Assembly: GCA_965277775.1 (NCBI GenBank) | Contig: OZ255843.1 | Span: 1,209,641 to 1,273,640 of the forward strand | Origin: Gammaproteobacteria bacterium | GTDB lineage: Bacteria > Pseudomonadota > Gammaproteobacteria > CAKMZV01 | Direction: 5' to 3' | DNA length: 64,000 nucleotides | Shown here: positions 1-10,568 of the stretch, in pieces | How the letters are laid out: each line of letters begins with the position of its first letter | How positions within the stretch are numbered: position 1 is the first letter of the stretch | Program-made: the position numbers and the translations under genes | Notes under the pieces: generated by a model | The model's database searches: none | Seen by the model: only the letters and a program-made list of their open reading frames with translations | Told to the model about the DNA's origin: nothing

Positions 1-893
1 TGAGTTTGGACATCGCCTTAGGCATTGGGGGTTATCCCTGTGGCCGAGTCGTAGAAATTTATGGGCCAGAATCTTCGGGCAAAACCACGCTTGCGCTCCA
101 TGCGGTGGCGGAAGTGCAAAAAGCTGGCGGTGCGGCCGCATTTGTCGATGCGGAACACGCTTTAGACGTGAACTACGCAGAAAAGGTCGGCGTCAAAATC
201 GACGATTTGGTTGTTTCTCAGCCAGACACAGGCGAGCAGGCTTTAGAAATCACAGACACCTTGGTTCGTTCAGGCGGGGTTGACATTGTTGTGGTCGATT
301 CCGTGGCGGCATTAACGCCAAAAGCTGAAATTGACGGTGATATGGGTGACTCTCACATGGGGCTTCAAGCGCGTTTGATGAGCCAAGCCTTACGTAAGCT
401 TACTGGGAACATTAAAAGAACCAATACCATTGTGATTTTCATCAATCAAATACGCATGAAAATTGGGGTGATGTTTGGCAATCCTGAAACCACAACTGGC
501 GGCAATGCGCTGAAGTTTTATTCATCTGTTCGTTTAGACATTCGGCGCATTGGTGCGATCAAAAAAGGCGACGAGATGATTGGCAACGAAACGCGCGTTA
601 AGGTGGTCAAAAATAAGATGGCGCCCCCTTTCAAGCAAGTTGAAATTGAAATCATTTATGGACTGGGTGTTTCACGAATGAGCGAGTTAATCTCACTTGG
701 TGTCAATGAAGAGCTGGTTGAAAAGTCGGGCGCATGGTACAGCTACGATGGACAGCGCATTGCACAAGGTAAGGAAAAAGCCAAACAGTTTTTTGAAGAC
801 CACCCAGAGCAGGCAAAGGTGTTGGAGCAAAAATTACGCGATAAATTAATGCCCAAAACAACCAAGGATGAGACAGAACAAGCCGCAGGATAA
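1..893 (+). CDS. recA: recombinase RecA (N-terminus lies upstream of window; ORF open to position 1)
   Basis: Canonical RecA motifs: Walker [19 protein letters not shown], loop L2 [28 protein letters not shown]; first ~40 aa of RecA missing, reading frame open to window edge. Confidence 0.97.
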   Translation, partial: SLDIALGIGGYPCGRVVEIYGPESSGKTTLALHAVAEVQKAGGAAAFVDAEHALDVNYAEKVGVKIDDLVVSQPDTGEQALEITDTLVRSGGVDIVVVDSVAALTPKAEIDGDMGDSHMGLQARLMSQALRKLTGNIKRTNTIVIFINQIRMKIGVMFGNPETTTGGNALKFYSSVRLDIRRIGAIKKGDEMIGNETRVKVVKNKMAPPFKQVEIEIIYGLGVSRMSELISLGVNEELVEKSGAWYSYDGQRIAQGKEKAKQFFEDHPEQAKVLEQKLRDKLMPKTTKDETEQAAG

Positions 894-896
894 ATT

Positions 897-1352
897 TTGG
901 ACGAGGCGGTAAAATCCATCGTTAAAAAATGCCTGATGTTACTGGCGCGGCGGGAATATTCGCAGTCAGAGTTGATTAAAAAAATGGGCGCCTTTCCCAC
1001 GGAGACTATCAACCAAGCCTTAGATGAATTAGTCAAGCGAGGGCATCAAAGCGATGAGCGATACGCAGAAGCTTTTGTTCGGTCGCAATTACATCGCGGC
1101 AAAGGGGCAAAAATCATCCATCAGGCCTTAGTCTATAAAGGGGGTATCGATAAATCCCTAGGTTGGGCGGCTTTAGAGGCCATTGATGATGGCGAATGGC
1201 AGATGCAATGTCAGCGGATTTACCAGAAGAAATTTTCGACCAAGCCCAAAAACAGAATGGATGTGTTCAAGCGCATTCAATACTTAATACAAAGAGGTTA
1301 CGACTCGGAACTGGCTCGTGAAATCGTGCAAGCGGACGATCAAGAGTCTTGA
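897..1352 (+). CDS. recX: recombination regulator RecX
   Basis: 151 aa, immediately downstream of recA (3-nt gap), helical-repeat RecX-like sequence (LLARREYSQSEL..., RGYDSELAREIV). Confidence 0.8.
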   Translation: MDEAVKSIVKKCLMLLARREYSQSELIKKMGAFPTETINQALDELVKRGHQSDERYAEAFVRSQLHRGKGAKIIHQALVYKGGIDKSLGWAALEAIDDGEWQMQCQRIYQKKFSTKPKNRMDVFKRIQYLIQRGYDSELAREIVQADDQES

Positions 1353-1365
1353 GGTGCGTATTTAA

Positions 1366-1950
1366 TCAGTTTAAAAGCGCTGTCTGGTTTAAATACTGTT
1401 GAATGGGTCGGTAATTGCGCCGATGATCCTCGATTAATCCAAGCGCTTCAATCGCCACAAGATGGGCTTTGGTGGGATAGCCTTTGTGTTGATCGAAACC
1501 ATACCCTGGATGCGCAGCGTTCAGTCTGTGCATATCCAAATCTCTGGTTGTTTTGGCAAGGATGGATGCCGCGCTGATGCACGGAAAACGATCATCGCCT
1601 TTGACAAAGGCTTTGCAAGGCAAGTGTGTATCAGGGCAAAATTTGCCGTCCACCCAAACTTCTGCGGGCGTTCGCTTGAGGGCATTGATCGCCCTAACCA
1701 TTGAAAGCAAGCTGGCATGATGGATGTTTAACCCTTCGATTTCTTTGGCATTGGCGCGACCAATCGCCCACGCCAAGGCGTCTGCTTTTATATGAACCGC
1801 CAATTCAGTGCGTTGCTTCTCAGTCAACTTCTTGGAGTCTTTCAACGGTGTGCAATCAAATTGAGGCGCAAGTACGACAGCGGCGCTGACGACATCACCA
1901 ATGAGTGCACCGCGTCCGGCCTCATCAACACCAGCAATCAGATCCAACAT
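1366..1950 (-). CDS. rnhB: ribonuclease HII
   Basis: N-terminal GVDEAGRGALIGDVV motif (RNase HII catalytic DEAGRG), conserved position downstream of lpxB with 13-nt overlap. Confidence 0.9.
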   Translation of the reverse strand: MLDLIAGVDEAGRGALIGDVVSAAVVLAPQFDCTPLKDSKKLTEKQRTELAVHIKADALAWAIGRANAKEIEGLNIHHASLLSMVRAINALKRTPAEVWVDGKFCPDTHLPCKAFVKGDDRFPCISAASILAKTTRDLDMHRLNAAHPGYGFDQHKGYPTKAHLVAIEALGLIEDHRRNYRPIQQYLNQTALLN

Positions 1951-3098
1951 AGTGTGCTTTTAATCACCTTTGATATTTGATTGGGCTCGGCTAATAATTG
2001 TTGATGTATGGCATTGAAATGTGCGATTTGGTCTTGCCTAAAATCTTCATCGTTTAAAAGTTGTTCCAACCCAGTCGCAATATTATTTGGAGTGGCATCG
2101 TTTTGCAGGAACTCGGGCACAATGGCCGCATTAGCCAAGCCATTGGGCAAAGACACCCAAGGTTTTTCAAGCAGCCGTCTAATAATAGCGGCTGAGATGG
2201 GATTGACTTTGTATATGATCAACATGGGTTTCTTTAACAACAGAGCCTCTAAGGTTGCGGTACCTGATGCAATGAGCGTACCATCACTGGCATTGAGAAT
2301 TTGGCGCGCCTGGCCATCAACCAACTGAACTTGATTTTTTATTGGGTCTGGTTGCATTTGCACGATGTAATCAATTAACTTTTTAAGCGAAGATTGCGCA
2401 ATGGGAATGACCATCGCAGGTAACTTGGCATAGCGTTTGTGATAACACAGCATGCTTGACAACATGATTGGCAAGTTTTTTTTGATTTCAGATTGGCGCG
2501 AGCCGGGTAGTAGGGCAAGCATTTTAGTCTGGTCGTTTAATGCCAGGTTTTTGCGATCCATTTGGTTGTCTAACTTTTGTGGAATGTTTTGCGCCAGGGG
2601 ATGACCCACGAAAGTTGCCGGCAGAGAGACGGGTTGGTAAAGCGGCGGCTCAAAGGGAAATAAACAAAAAATATGATCGCAAGAGGCCGCAATTTTTTTT
2701 ATGCGAGATGAGCGCCACGCCCAAATAGAAGGGCTCACATAATGGAAAGTTGTCAGCCCTTGTTGCTTCAGTTTTTTTTCTAAGGGGAGGTTGAAGTCAG
2801 GGGCATCGATGCCGATGAACAGATTGACTTGTTCGTGCAACACTTTTTGATAAATGTTTTTTCGGAGCTGTATCAGACTTTTCAAAGAACCGAGCACCTC
2901 GGTAAAACCCATGACGTTCATAGGCTCATTGCTAAACCATTGTTCTTGACCGGCTTCAAGCATACCCTTGCCGCCGACACCAGTGATACGCACTGTGGGA
3001 AAGCTTTGTTTGAGTTCTTTGATAAGTTGAACGCCCAATAAATCCCCAGAGAGTTCCCCTGCAACAAGGGCAATTGAAAGATCAGGTGGGGTAGACAT
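1938..3098 (-). CDS. lpxB: lipid-A-disaccharide synthase
   Basis: 386 aa, LpxB-like N-terminus (IALVAGELSGDLLG), conserved lpxD-fabZ-lpxA-lpxB-rnhB synteny. Confidence 0.9.
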   Translation of the reverse strand: MSTPPDLSIALVAGELSGDLLGVQLIKELKQSFPTVRITGVGGKGMLEAGQEQWFSNEPMNVMGFTEVLGSLKSLIQLRKNIYQKVLHEQVNLFIGIDAPDFNLPLEKKLKQQGLTTFHYVSPSIWAWRSSRIKKIAASCDHIFCLFPFEPPLYQPVSLPATFVGHPLAQNIPQKLDNQMDRKNLALNDQTKMLALLPGSRQSEIKKNLPIMLSSMLCYHKRYAKLPAMVIPIAQSSLKKLIDYIVQMQPDPIKNQVQLVDGQARQILNASDGTLIASGTATLEALLLKKPMLIIYKVNPISAAIIRRLLEKPWVSLPNGLANAAIVPEFLQNDATPNNIATGLEQLLNDEDFRQDQIAHFNAIHQQLLAEPNQISKVIKSTLCWI

Positions 3099-3170
3099 AC
3101 AGCTGTTTTTGTCGATGGGCGTCAGAGCCGAAGCATTGCAGTTACATTAATGTCTTACGCTTGTTGTAAG

Positions 3171-3956
3171 CTATCGAATGATACCACGTTTTGATTGTTT
3201 TATTGAATCAATGAACGTTGAAATGATGGTTTGGTTGTCCGGGGTTTCTAATTTTTCAATTTCTTCAAGCGCTTGATCTAACTTCAATCCACGTCTATAA
3301 AAGAGCTTGTAACATTTATCCAAAGTGATTATTTCAGTTTTAGAGAAGCCTCTTCTTTTCAGTCCTTCTTTGTTAATGCAGGCTGGGCGAGTGGTGCCAT
3401 TATCGTTGATTACCATAATATAAGCGGGCACGTCCTTGTTACACCAACCATAAGCGCCTATCATGGCGTGTGCGCCAATGTGACCGAACTGATGAACGCC
3501 AGAAAAGCCACCAAATACGGCATAATCATCCACCCGAACATGACCGGCCAGGGCAACATTGCTTGACATAATGACATGATTTTTGATACCGCAATCGTGG
3601 GCGATGTGTGTGTAAGCAAGCAAGACGTTGTGCGAACCAATGGACGTCATCGATCGGTCGTGTCCCGTTCCTCGGTTTATAGAACAATACTCCCTAATGA
3701 TGTTGTGGTCACCGATTTCTAAATACGCAATTTCGCCCTTAAATTTTAAATCCTGTGCATTACTACCAATGGTTGCAAAGGAATAAATTTGGTTACGCTC
3801 GCCAATGGTTGTTGGGCCTTGGATGACGACATGCGGTGAAATAATGGAATTTTTGCCAATTTGGACATTTTTCCCAATAATGGAATAAGCGCCAATTTGA
3901 ACATGCTCGCCAATATTGGCTGAGGGATGAATGTCAGCCGTGGGATGGATAAGCAT
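3171..3956 (-). CDS. lpxA: acyl-ACP--UDP-N-acetylglucosamine O-acyltransferase
   Basis: 261 aa left-handed beta-helix hexapeptide repeats (IHPTADIHPSANIGEHVQIGAYSIIG...), synteny. Confidence 0.92.
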   Translation of the reverse strand: MLIHPTADIHPSANIGEHVQIGAYSIIGKNVQIGKNSIISPHVVIQGPTTIGERNQIYSFATIGSNAQDLKFKGEIAYLEIGDHNIIREYCSINRGTGHDRSMTSIGSHNVLLAYTHIAHDCGIKNHVIMSSNVALAGHVRVDDYAVFGGFSGVHQFGHIGAHAMIGAYGWCNKDVPAYIMVINDNGTTRPACINKEGLKRRGFSKTEIITLDKCYKLFYRRGLKLDQALEEIEKLETPDNQTIISTFIDSIKQSKRGIIR

Positions 3957-3962
3957 GGGGGG

Positions 3963-4409
3963 TTATTTTCTGGCCGCACACATGATTTCACAGCTGGCAA
4001 CCAATTTATTCCCAACGTGTGTGGTCGCATCAAATTTCCAGAAATCTCTTTTGGGGTTTCTTTTTACCGTGACCTTAAAGGTTAATGTATCTCCGGGTAA
4101 AACCAGATCCCTAAAACGACATTTGTCGATGGCGACCAAATAAAATTTAGATCCTGCTTTTTCGGCATAGTTTTCAATAGAGACGTGTGCCAGTACACCC
4201 GTGGACTGCGCCATGGCTTCAACAATCAACACACCTGGCATCACTGGCACATCAGGGTAATGTCCAGTAAATTGGGGTTCATTGATCGTGACATTTTTAA
4301 TGGCAGTCAAAGAAACCCCAGGCTCAAAGTCAATGACCCGATCAATCAACAACATTGGGTATCTGTGAGGGAGTATGCGTAATATTTCAGCGGCTTCAAT
4401 GATCTTCAT
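3963..4409 (-). CDS. fabZ: 3-hydroxyacyl-ACP dehydratase FabZ
   Basis: 148 aa, ILPHRYPMLLIDRV and GHFP hot-dog fold motifs, 4-nt overlap with lpxD. Confidence 0.93.
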   Translation of the reverse strand: MKIIEAAEILRILPHRYPMLLIDRVIDFEPGVSLTAIKNVTINEPQFTGHYPDVPVMPGVLIVEAMAQSTGVLAHVSIENYAEKAGSKFYLVAIDKCRFRDLVLPGDTLTFKVTVKRNPKRDFWKFDATTHVGNKLVASCEIMCAARK

Positions 4410-5419
4410 AATTTCCTTGCGGTGTGCTTTTCCAATTCTTTGATACGATTATACATTTTTTCCAACTGCAATGATAAAACAGAATTTTTCCGCCACTGTT
4501 TTATTGGGGCGGCGGGTTGTCCGCCATAAACGCCTGGCTGTTTTATCGACGATGTGATCATTGCTCGAGCCATACCGATAACATTATTGGTAATTTGAAC
4601 GTGATCGGCAATCCCAGTTTGACCGCCAAACATACAATTTTCACCGATTGACGCGGTACCTGCAATTCCGATCAGTCCCGCAAGCGCAGAACCGCGGCCT
4701 ATAGAAACATTGTGGGCAATGTGGACCAAATTATCAATGATAACATCATCGCCTATGATGGTATCGTTTGCTGAACCTCGATCAATGGCATTATTTGATC
4801 CCATATAAACTCGATGTCCAACTCTAACGGTGCCTGTATGCGCGATTTTCGCCCATTTTCCGTTATTTGGCGCGTAGCCAAAGCCATCACCACCAAGGGT
4901 GGTATTTGAGCCGATATAACAATCATCACCAATAATGACGCCTTGATAAATGGTCACATTGGGGCCTATAGCGGTGTTTTCGCCTAAGCAGGCATTGTCT
5001 TGGATAACCGCATTTTCTTCAATGATCACACCTTCGCCCAGCGAGCAATTGGCGCCGACAAAAGCGCCAAATTTTATTTGGATGTTTGCTGGTAAAGCAG
5101 TTGAAGGATCAACGTAACAGCGTCCATGTAATTGTTGACCTTTGATGCTTTTTTTTGGATTAAGCGCTTGTTGTGCAAGGGCAAAAGCCAAGTAAGGCGA
5201 CTTAACGAGAAGGCAGATCTTTCCTTCAACGGGGTTTTGCGACAAAATGACCCCAGCCGCAGAACGCTGTGCTTGCGTTAAGAAGGCGGGCGTTGTGATA
5301 TAGCTGATATCAGTCGCTGTGGCTTTTTCTAAAACTTGGGCATTCAGAATTGCGATATTTTTTGCCGACTCTGGATGGACGGTTCCATTGAGGTGCTTGG
5401 CCAGAGCAAAAAGATCCAT
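4406..5419 (-). CDS. lpxD: UDP-3-O-(3-hydroxyacyl)glucosamine N-acyltransferase
   Basis: 337 aa, hexapeptide-repeat acyltransferase, synteny skp-lpxD-fabZ. Confidence 0.9.
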   Translation of the reverse strand: MDLFALAKHLNGTVHPESAKNIAILNAQVLEKATATDISYITTPAFLTQAQRSAAGVILSQNPVEGKICLLVKSPYLAFALAQQALNPKKSIKGQQLHGRCYVDPSTALPANIQIKFGAFVGANCSLGEGVIIEENAVIQDNACLGENTAIGPNVTIYQGVIIGDDCYIGSNTTLGGDGFGYAPNNGKWAKIAHTGTVRVGHRVYMGSNNAIDRGSANDTIIGDDVIIDNLVHIAHNVSIGRGSALAGLIGIAGTASIGENCMFGGQTGIADHVQITNNVIGMARAMITSSIKQPGVYGGQPAAPIKQWRKNSVLSLQLEKMYNRIKELEKHTARKL

Positions 5420-5443
5420 GCTTGCTCTATAGGTTATGCGCTG

Positions 5444-5977
5444 TTAAGGTTTTTTGGGCGAAAGCATTTCTAAAACGGCATCGGTCAAATTTTCCGTTGA
5501 CGTTTCTTTTTGCCAAGCGATCGCGCCTCTAAACAAAACCAGATCCAGTGATTTTTGTTTGGAGATTTTTTCAATGGCCGCATTGATTTCTTCAGTAACC
5601 AGTTGATTTTCTTCTTGCTGGCGGGCTTGAAAGCTTTGTTGGGCCTGTTGTGCTTCGCGTTGAATGTCCGACTGCATCAATTGCAGTTCACGCTCTTTTT
5701 TAGTGATTTCTGCCTCTTTTAGAGTGAGGCGTTGTTTTTCTAATTGAGTCACAGCGTCCTTCAGAGCTTGCTGTTTTTTGTTCAAGGCCTGCTGGATTGG
5801 CTCAAATTCAGCCTGTAATTTTTTTTCTGCTTCCGCTCTTTGTGGAGATTGTTTAAGCAGAACTTGTGCATCAACCACACCGACAGATAAAGCAAAACCC
5901 GTTTGAGGTAATAGCAACATTGCCAAGGACAGTAAAAATATTCTAAATAAATGCATGATTAACTCCTGATATATCAT
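5444..5977 (-). CDS. skp: periplasmic chaperone Skp/OmpH
   Basis: 177 aa, signal peptide then Gln/Glu/Lys-rich coiled-coil, located between bamA and lpxD. Confidence 0.75.
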   Translation of the reverse strand: MIYQELIMHLFRIFLLSLAMLLLPQTGFALSVGVVDAQVLLKQSPQRAEAEKKLQAEFEPIQQALNKKQQALKDAVTQLEKQRLTLKEAEITKKERELQLMQSDIQREAQQAQQSFQARQQEENQLVTEEINAAIEKISKQKSLDLVLFRGAIAWQKETSTENLTDAVLEMLSPKKP

Positions 5978-5985
5978 TGTTTGCG

Positions 5986-8301
5986 TTAAAAACCAGATCC
6001 TATACCAAATTGAAATTGCTGAACAGAATCTGATGATTTGTGGTTAAAAGGCTCGGCATAATTTAATGTGATCTGACCAATCGGGGTCAGCCAAAGGAAC
6101 CCAATACCATAGGATCCTCTCAATGCAGAAAAGTCAATGTTCTTGGGATCAACAAATACATTGCCTACGTCAACAAAAGGCCCATACCTGATATCAACAT
6201 CATCATTATCATCGCCAAAAGGCGGGAATAATGTCTGAAAACGACTCTCCCATACAAAAGCCCCGCCACGGGCGCCAGATGCACCATCTGCTGTATTATA
6301 CTGCTCTCCTAAGGTATTCGCGAGATATCCTCTCACCGAAGTCACGCCACCTGTATAAAATCTATCAAAAAAGGGCGCTTGATCGCCTGAATAAGTTTGA
6401 ATAATTCCAAGGCGTTGTTTAAACAGAACGGCTGTGTTGGCGGCCAAGGGAAAATACCAACTGCTCAAGCTGGTTATTTGAAAGGTATCTATGTCTGTAT
6501 TTGGTATACCCAAAATCGCGTAAACCCGATGCGTTGTCCCTTTGGTAGGAAAAAGTCCGCGATTACGAGTATCGTAATTCCAACCAAAGGTAAAGGCAAA
6601 TTTAATTGCGCCTTCTGGAAATCGACGGGTAAAGCTCTCACATTCAATAAACCCAGTGCCGCAAACAGCCTTTGTTCGTTCAACAAGCGCACCGTAGTTA
6701 AAACGTTGTTGAGCGTTGAATGGGACACCAAATGAGACATTGCCGCCAAGACGATTGCTTAAATAACTGGCTTGGTTTAATTGGTGGGCGTCAGTTTCAG
6801 AAAAATTCAGTCCCCATGTCAAACTGATATTTTCTGGCGTGTAATAAGGGTCCGTGATGCTTATATCCGCTTGAGTAACGGCGCTGTCTTTATTGGCATT
6901 GAAGTTGACGTTATATCCTCTGCCTAACCAATTAGATTCAGTCAGACTAATGCCCAAGCTCGCTCCACCAGAAAGCGTAAAACCAACTCGGGCATTAAAA
7001 CTGCCCGTAGAAACGTCTTTTACTTTGACGGTGAGGATGACTTGATTATCGCTGATTTTTCTCGGTGTGACCGAAACGCTTGAAAAGAAAGACGTTCGGT
7101 TAAGGCGGGCTTCTGAATTGCGAACCAATCGAGGAACGTATAAAGCACCTTCGTATTGAGTCATTTCACGACGCACAACGGAATCGATGGAAGCATTATT
7201 CCCTATGATTTCAATGCGTTTGACATAAACTTTCTTTTTAGGATTGGCAACAATGGTTACCGAAGCCAATTTTGTTTGGGTGTCTAATTTGATATTGGGC
7301 CGAACATCAGCAAATGCATAGCCTTTATCGCCTAAGGCGGTTTTAAGATTTTCAATCGAGTTCAATATTTTACGGCGAGAAAAAACTTGTCCAGCCTCAA
7401 CTTGATTGAGTCCATCGACGCGTTTTTTGCTAAGCACTTTTTCGTAACCTGTGTAAGCAACGCCACTAAAATGAAACAGCAAGCCTTCTTCTATATTCAA
7501 AGTGATGTAAACAGCCGATTTCTCAGGAGACAGTTGGACTTGAGAAGACAGGATTTGAAATTGGGCAAACCCACGGTCAAAATAGTAATTTCTTAAGGCC
7601 TCAAAAGAGCCTTCTAAGGGAAGTTTCTGGTACTCATGATCGCCAAAAAGAGACGTTTCAGAATAAGGTGATAAAGTAAATTGTCTTAACAGCTGTTTGT
7701 CGGAAAAAGTTTTATTGCCAATGACATCTATGCGTTCAATTTTTGCCGCATCCCCTTCATTAATTTCGATCAGTAGTTTGACCCTCTGGCGTGTTAAGGA
7801 TTCAATTCGACTGTCAATCTTAACGGCATAGTAACCAGCATTGAAATATTCTGTTTTTAAGCCTCTGCGAATGCGATTGAACAAGGTTTGATTAAAGGCG
7901 CGATTGACCGCGATGCCTTGGGCTTTTAAATTTTTGGTCAAAAGCTCTGTCTCAATGAGATTGTTGCCTTTGAACTCAATTTCTACAATGGTTGGGCGTT
8001 CTTTAACTTTAATGGTTAAAGTCTGCTCATCTACCAGTAATTGAATGTTGTCAAAAAAACCACTGTCGTACAGAGATTGGATGATGTCTTTATAGTTTTC
8101 GTCATTCAATTGCTGGCCCAAAATCTCAGGCAAGTAGGATTTAACAATGGCCGCATCGTGTCGGATGAGCCCTTCAAATTTAAGCGCTTGAATGGGTTGA
8201 GCCAAGGCAGTTGTCGGCTTCCAGCACAGAATCATCCCGACCATAAAGCAGGCTTGAATGAAGCCATTCAAACGATTTTTGGGCTTAAATTTGATCAACA
8301 T
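5986..8301 (-). CDS. bamA: outer membrane protein assembly factor BamA
   Basis: 771 aa, POTRA-repeat region followed by Omp85 beta-barrel ending in aromatic-rich C-terminus (...FQFGIGSGF); synteny rseP-bamA-skp. Confidence 0.92.
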   Translation of the reverse strand: MLIKFKPKNRLNGFIQACFMVGMILCWKPTTALAQPIQALKFEGLIRHDAAIVKSYLPEILGQQLNDENYKDIIQSLYDSGFFDNIQLLVDEQTLTIKVKERPTIVEIEFKGNNLIETELLTKNLKAQGIAVNRAFNQTLFNRIRRGLKTEYFNAGYYAVKIDSRIESLTRQRVKLLIEINEGDAAKIERIDVIGNKTFSDKQLLRQFTLSPYSETSLFGDHEYQKLPLEGSFEALRNYYFDRGFAQFQILSSQVQLSPEKSAVYITLNIEEGLLFHFSGVAYTGYEKVLSKKRVDGLNQVEAGQVFSRRKILNSIENLKTALGDKGYAFADVRPNIKLDTQTKLASVTIVANPKKKVYVKRIEIIGNNASIDSVVRREMTQYEGALYVPRLVRNSEARLNRTSFFSSVSVTPRKISDNQVILTVKVKDVSTGSFNARVGFTLSGGASLGISLTESNWLGRGYNVNFNANKDSAVTQADISITDPYYTPENISLTWGLNFSETDAHQLNQASYLSNRLGGNVSFGVPFNAQQRFNYGALVERTKAVCGTGFIECESFTRRFPEGAIKFAFTFGWNYDTRNRGLFPTKGTTHRVYAILGIPNTDIDTFQITSLSSWYFPLAANTAVLFKQRLGIIQTYSGDQAPFFDRFYTGGVTSVRGYLANTLGEQYNTADGASGARGGAFVWESRFQTLFPPFGDDNDDVDIRYGPFVDVGNVFVDPKNIDFSALRGSYGIGFLWLTPIGQITLNYAEPFNHKSSDSVQQFQFGIGSGF

Positions 8302-8441
8302 GGTTACAAACGTTAAACACGGCGAAAAGACCCTTTCTTTGAGGCACCATTTATAAAAAATTGGAAAGATTAACGAAACGGGTCATTATCGCTTAAATGT
8401 GGCATTAAAATGGGACGTATCAATGAGAATTTGAGTCGTGT

Positions 8442-9836
8442 TTAGTTTATTAGGCGAATAATGTCGTTTGAAAATGCCAATATCATAATCATACCAAGAA
8501 TGACGACGCCAATGTACTGAAGTTTTAATTGTAATTTATCCGAAATCGCCAAGCCCCGAACATATTCAATGGCATAAAACAGGATGTGCCCACCATCGAG
8601 TAGCGGAATGGGCAAAAGATTGAGTACACCGAGACTGACGCTTAAAAAAGCCAGAAAATTTAAAAAACTTAACAAGCCGTTGTTGGCAGATTTGCCCGCA
8701 TATTCGGCGATGGTGATGGGACCGCTGATGTTTTCGTAGGAAAGTTGTCCAGTCAACATTTTGCCAATCGACACCACGATGAGTATGGATAAGTCGTACG
8801 TTTGCTTGAATCCCTCAACAATGGCCTGGAAAAGGTTTTGTTGATAAACCCTTAAATAGGGCTTAAAGTCATCTTCACTGATTTTGGGGGTGGCCCCGAG
8901 AAACCCAACCATTTTCCCATCATCAATTTTAGAACCTAAGGTTACGGGGATTGTAAGCGCGACTTCTGATCGATGGATGTGGAAGTCCAACGTCTGATTC
9001 GGCGCGTTTCGTACAATATCGACAACCTCGTGCCAATAGTAAATAGCTTGTCCGTCTATTGAGGTAATCACGTCGTTGGATAGCAGTCCCGAGTTAATGG
9101 CCGCCTGCCCTTGTAACAGCTCATCTAAAACCGGTTTTATGGGGCTAAACGGCGTGATGCCGAGATCTTGCCAAGACAAATCAGGGGCTTTTGGCAGCTG
9201 ATCCCACTGAATGTCTAAGACGGTTTTTTCGGCTTGACCCGCCCTAAGATAAGAAATGGAAAAGTCTGATTGGCGAATTGATTCGGCGTTTAATCGAGCA
9301 TAGGCATCGTTCCAACCCGGTGTTTTAACGCCGTTGATGGCGAGGATCTCATCGTTGGGCTGGAGCGCAGATTGGGCAACGGCATTCACTGAGGCCGTTT
9401 TTCCAATGATGGGGGGCAGTACTTCACGGTCGAAGGTGCCAATAAAAGCAAACAAGGCCGCCGCTAAGGCCAAGTTGATCAAAGGTCCAGCAATCACAAC
9501 GGCAATTCGCTCTAAGGGCGGTCTTTGGTCAAAAGCTCTGTGAAGCTCATCATCGGCAACGGCCCCTTCACGGGTGTCTAACATCCGAACATAGCCGCCC
9601 AAGGGTATGGGGGCAAAGCAAAACTCCATGTCATCGGGCCCCATTTTTTTTAACCAAAGGGGTTTGCCAAATCCAATTGAAAATCGGAGCACCTTGATGT
9701 TGAAATAGCGAGCAACAGCAAAGTGCGCCCACTCATGAACGGTGACTAAGACTAAAATCGCGATTAAAAATGCAAAAAATGATTCAAACACAGTTATACC
9801 ATTGAACTTGAAGCCAAAAAATGGGTGCTGCAGCAA
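8442..9836 (-). CDS. rseP: RIP zinc metalloprotease RseP (ORF-track maximum; probable true start GTG at 9791)
   Basis: HEWAHF (HExxH) zinc motif in TM1, PDZ region, C-terminal LDGGH motif; maximal ORF overlaps cdsA by 53 nt, in-frame GTG at 9791 gives E. coli-like N-terminal length. Confidence 0.88.
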   Translation of the reverse strand: MLQHPFFGFKFNGITVFESFFAFLIAILVLVTVHEWAHFAVARYFNIKVLRFSIGFGKPLWLKKMGPDDMEFCFAPIPLGGYVRMLDTREGAVADDELHRAFDQRPPLERIAVVIAGPLINLALAAALFAFIGTFDREVLPPIIGKTASVNAVAQSALQPNDEILAINGVKTPGWNDAYARLNAESIRQSDFSISYLRAGQAEKTVLDIQWDQLPKAPDLSWQDLGITPFSPIKPVLDELLQGQAAINSGLLSNDVITSIDGQAIYYWHEVVDIVRNAPNQTLDFHIHRSEVALTIPVTLGSKIDDGKMVGFLGATPKISEDDFKPYLRVYQQNLFQAIVEGFKQTYDLSILIVVSIGKMLTGQLSYENISGPITIAEYAGKSANNGLLSFLNFLAFLSVSLGVLNLLPIPLLDGGHILFYAIEYVRGLAISDKLQLKLQYIGVVILGMIMILAFSNDIIRLIN

Positions 9837-10566
9837 TCAATCCGTCAACACGGTCAAATATACCGCCATGTCCAGGAATGATACGGCCACTTTCTTTGAC
9901 ATTATTTTCCCGTTTTAAGATGCTTTCAAACAAATCGCCACCGATGGTTGCCAAAGCAACAGTCAACCCCAGAGCCAGCGCTGTTACCAATGTACATTCC
10001 AAATATAACAATAACACAACACTCCATAAAAGTCCCACAGCGATCTGGGCATAGAAGCCCACCCATGTTTTATTGGGACTGATGGTTGGGATGAGTTTTA
10101 ATTGACCCCATTTTCTCCCCACAAGCATGCCCACAATGTCAATGGACCAAACCATAAGCAGTAAAAGGATAACAATGGCATATCCCCAGTCCGCTCGAAG
10201 CAATAATAATGCGATGGCACAAGCAGGGAAGAGGAGCAGGCTGCTGAGCATGCCCAATGCTGGTTTGGCTTGTCCTACGGTTCTAAACCCGACGATCCAT
10301 GCCCACGAAAGCCCCCAAACAGCCACAGCCATGAGGATGATTATGTTTGAAAAATCAGAGTTTGCGAACAACAGCGTTATGAAAAAGCTGAGTCCCATGT
10401 ATAAGGCAATCCAGCTTTTTTTAAGCTGATAAATCATGGCTGTTTCATAGGATAACAAAGCACTCATGGCGCTGAGTACCAGTAGCAGCAAGTCATTTGA
10501 AAGAAAAATGAATAGCGCAATGACAATGGGAGCAATGATGACCGCTGAAATGACACGCGTCAACAC
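9784..10566 (-). CDS. cdsA: phosphatidate cytidylyltransferase
   Basis: 260 aa polytopic membrane protein with CdsA C-terminal signature (PGHGGIFDRVDGL). Confidence 0.85.
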   Translation of the reverse strand: MLTRVISAVIIAPIVIALFIFLSNDLLLLVLSAMSALLSYETAMIYQLKKSWIALYMGLSFFITLLFANSDFSNIIILMAVAVWGLSWAWIVGFRTVGQAKPALGMLSSLLLFPACAIALLLLRADWGYAIVILLLLMVWSIDIVGMLVGRKWGQLKLIPTISPNKTWVGFYAQIAVGLLWSVVLLLYLECTLVTALALGLTVALATIGGDLFESILKRENNVKESGRIIPGHGGIFDRVDGLIAAAPIFWLQVQWYNCV

Positions 10567-10568
10567 GA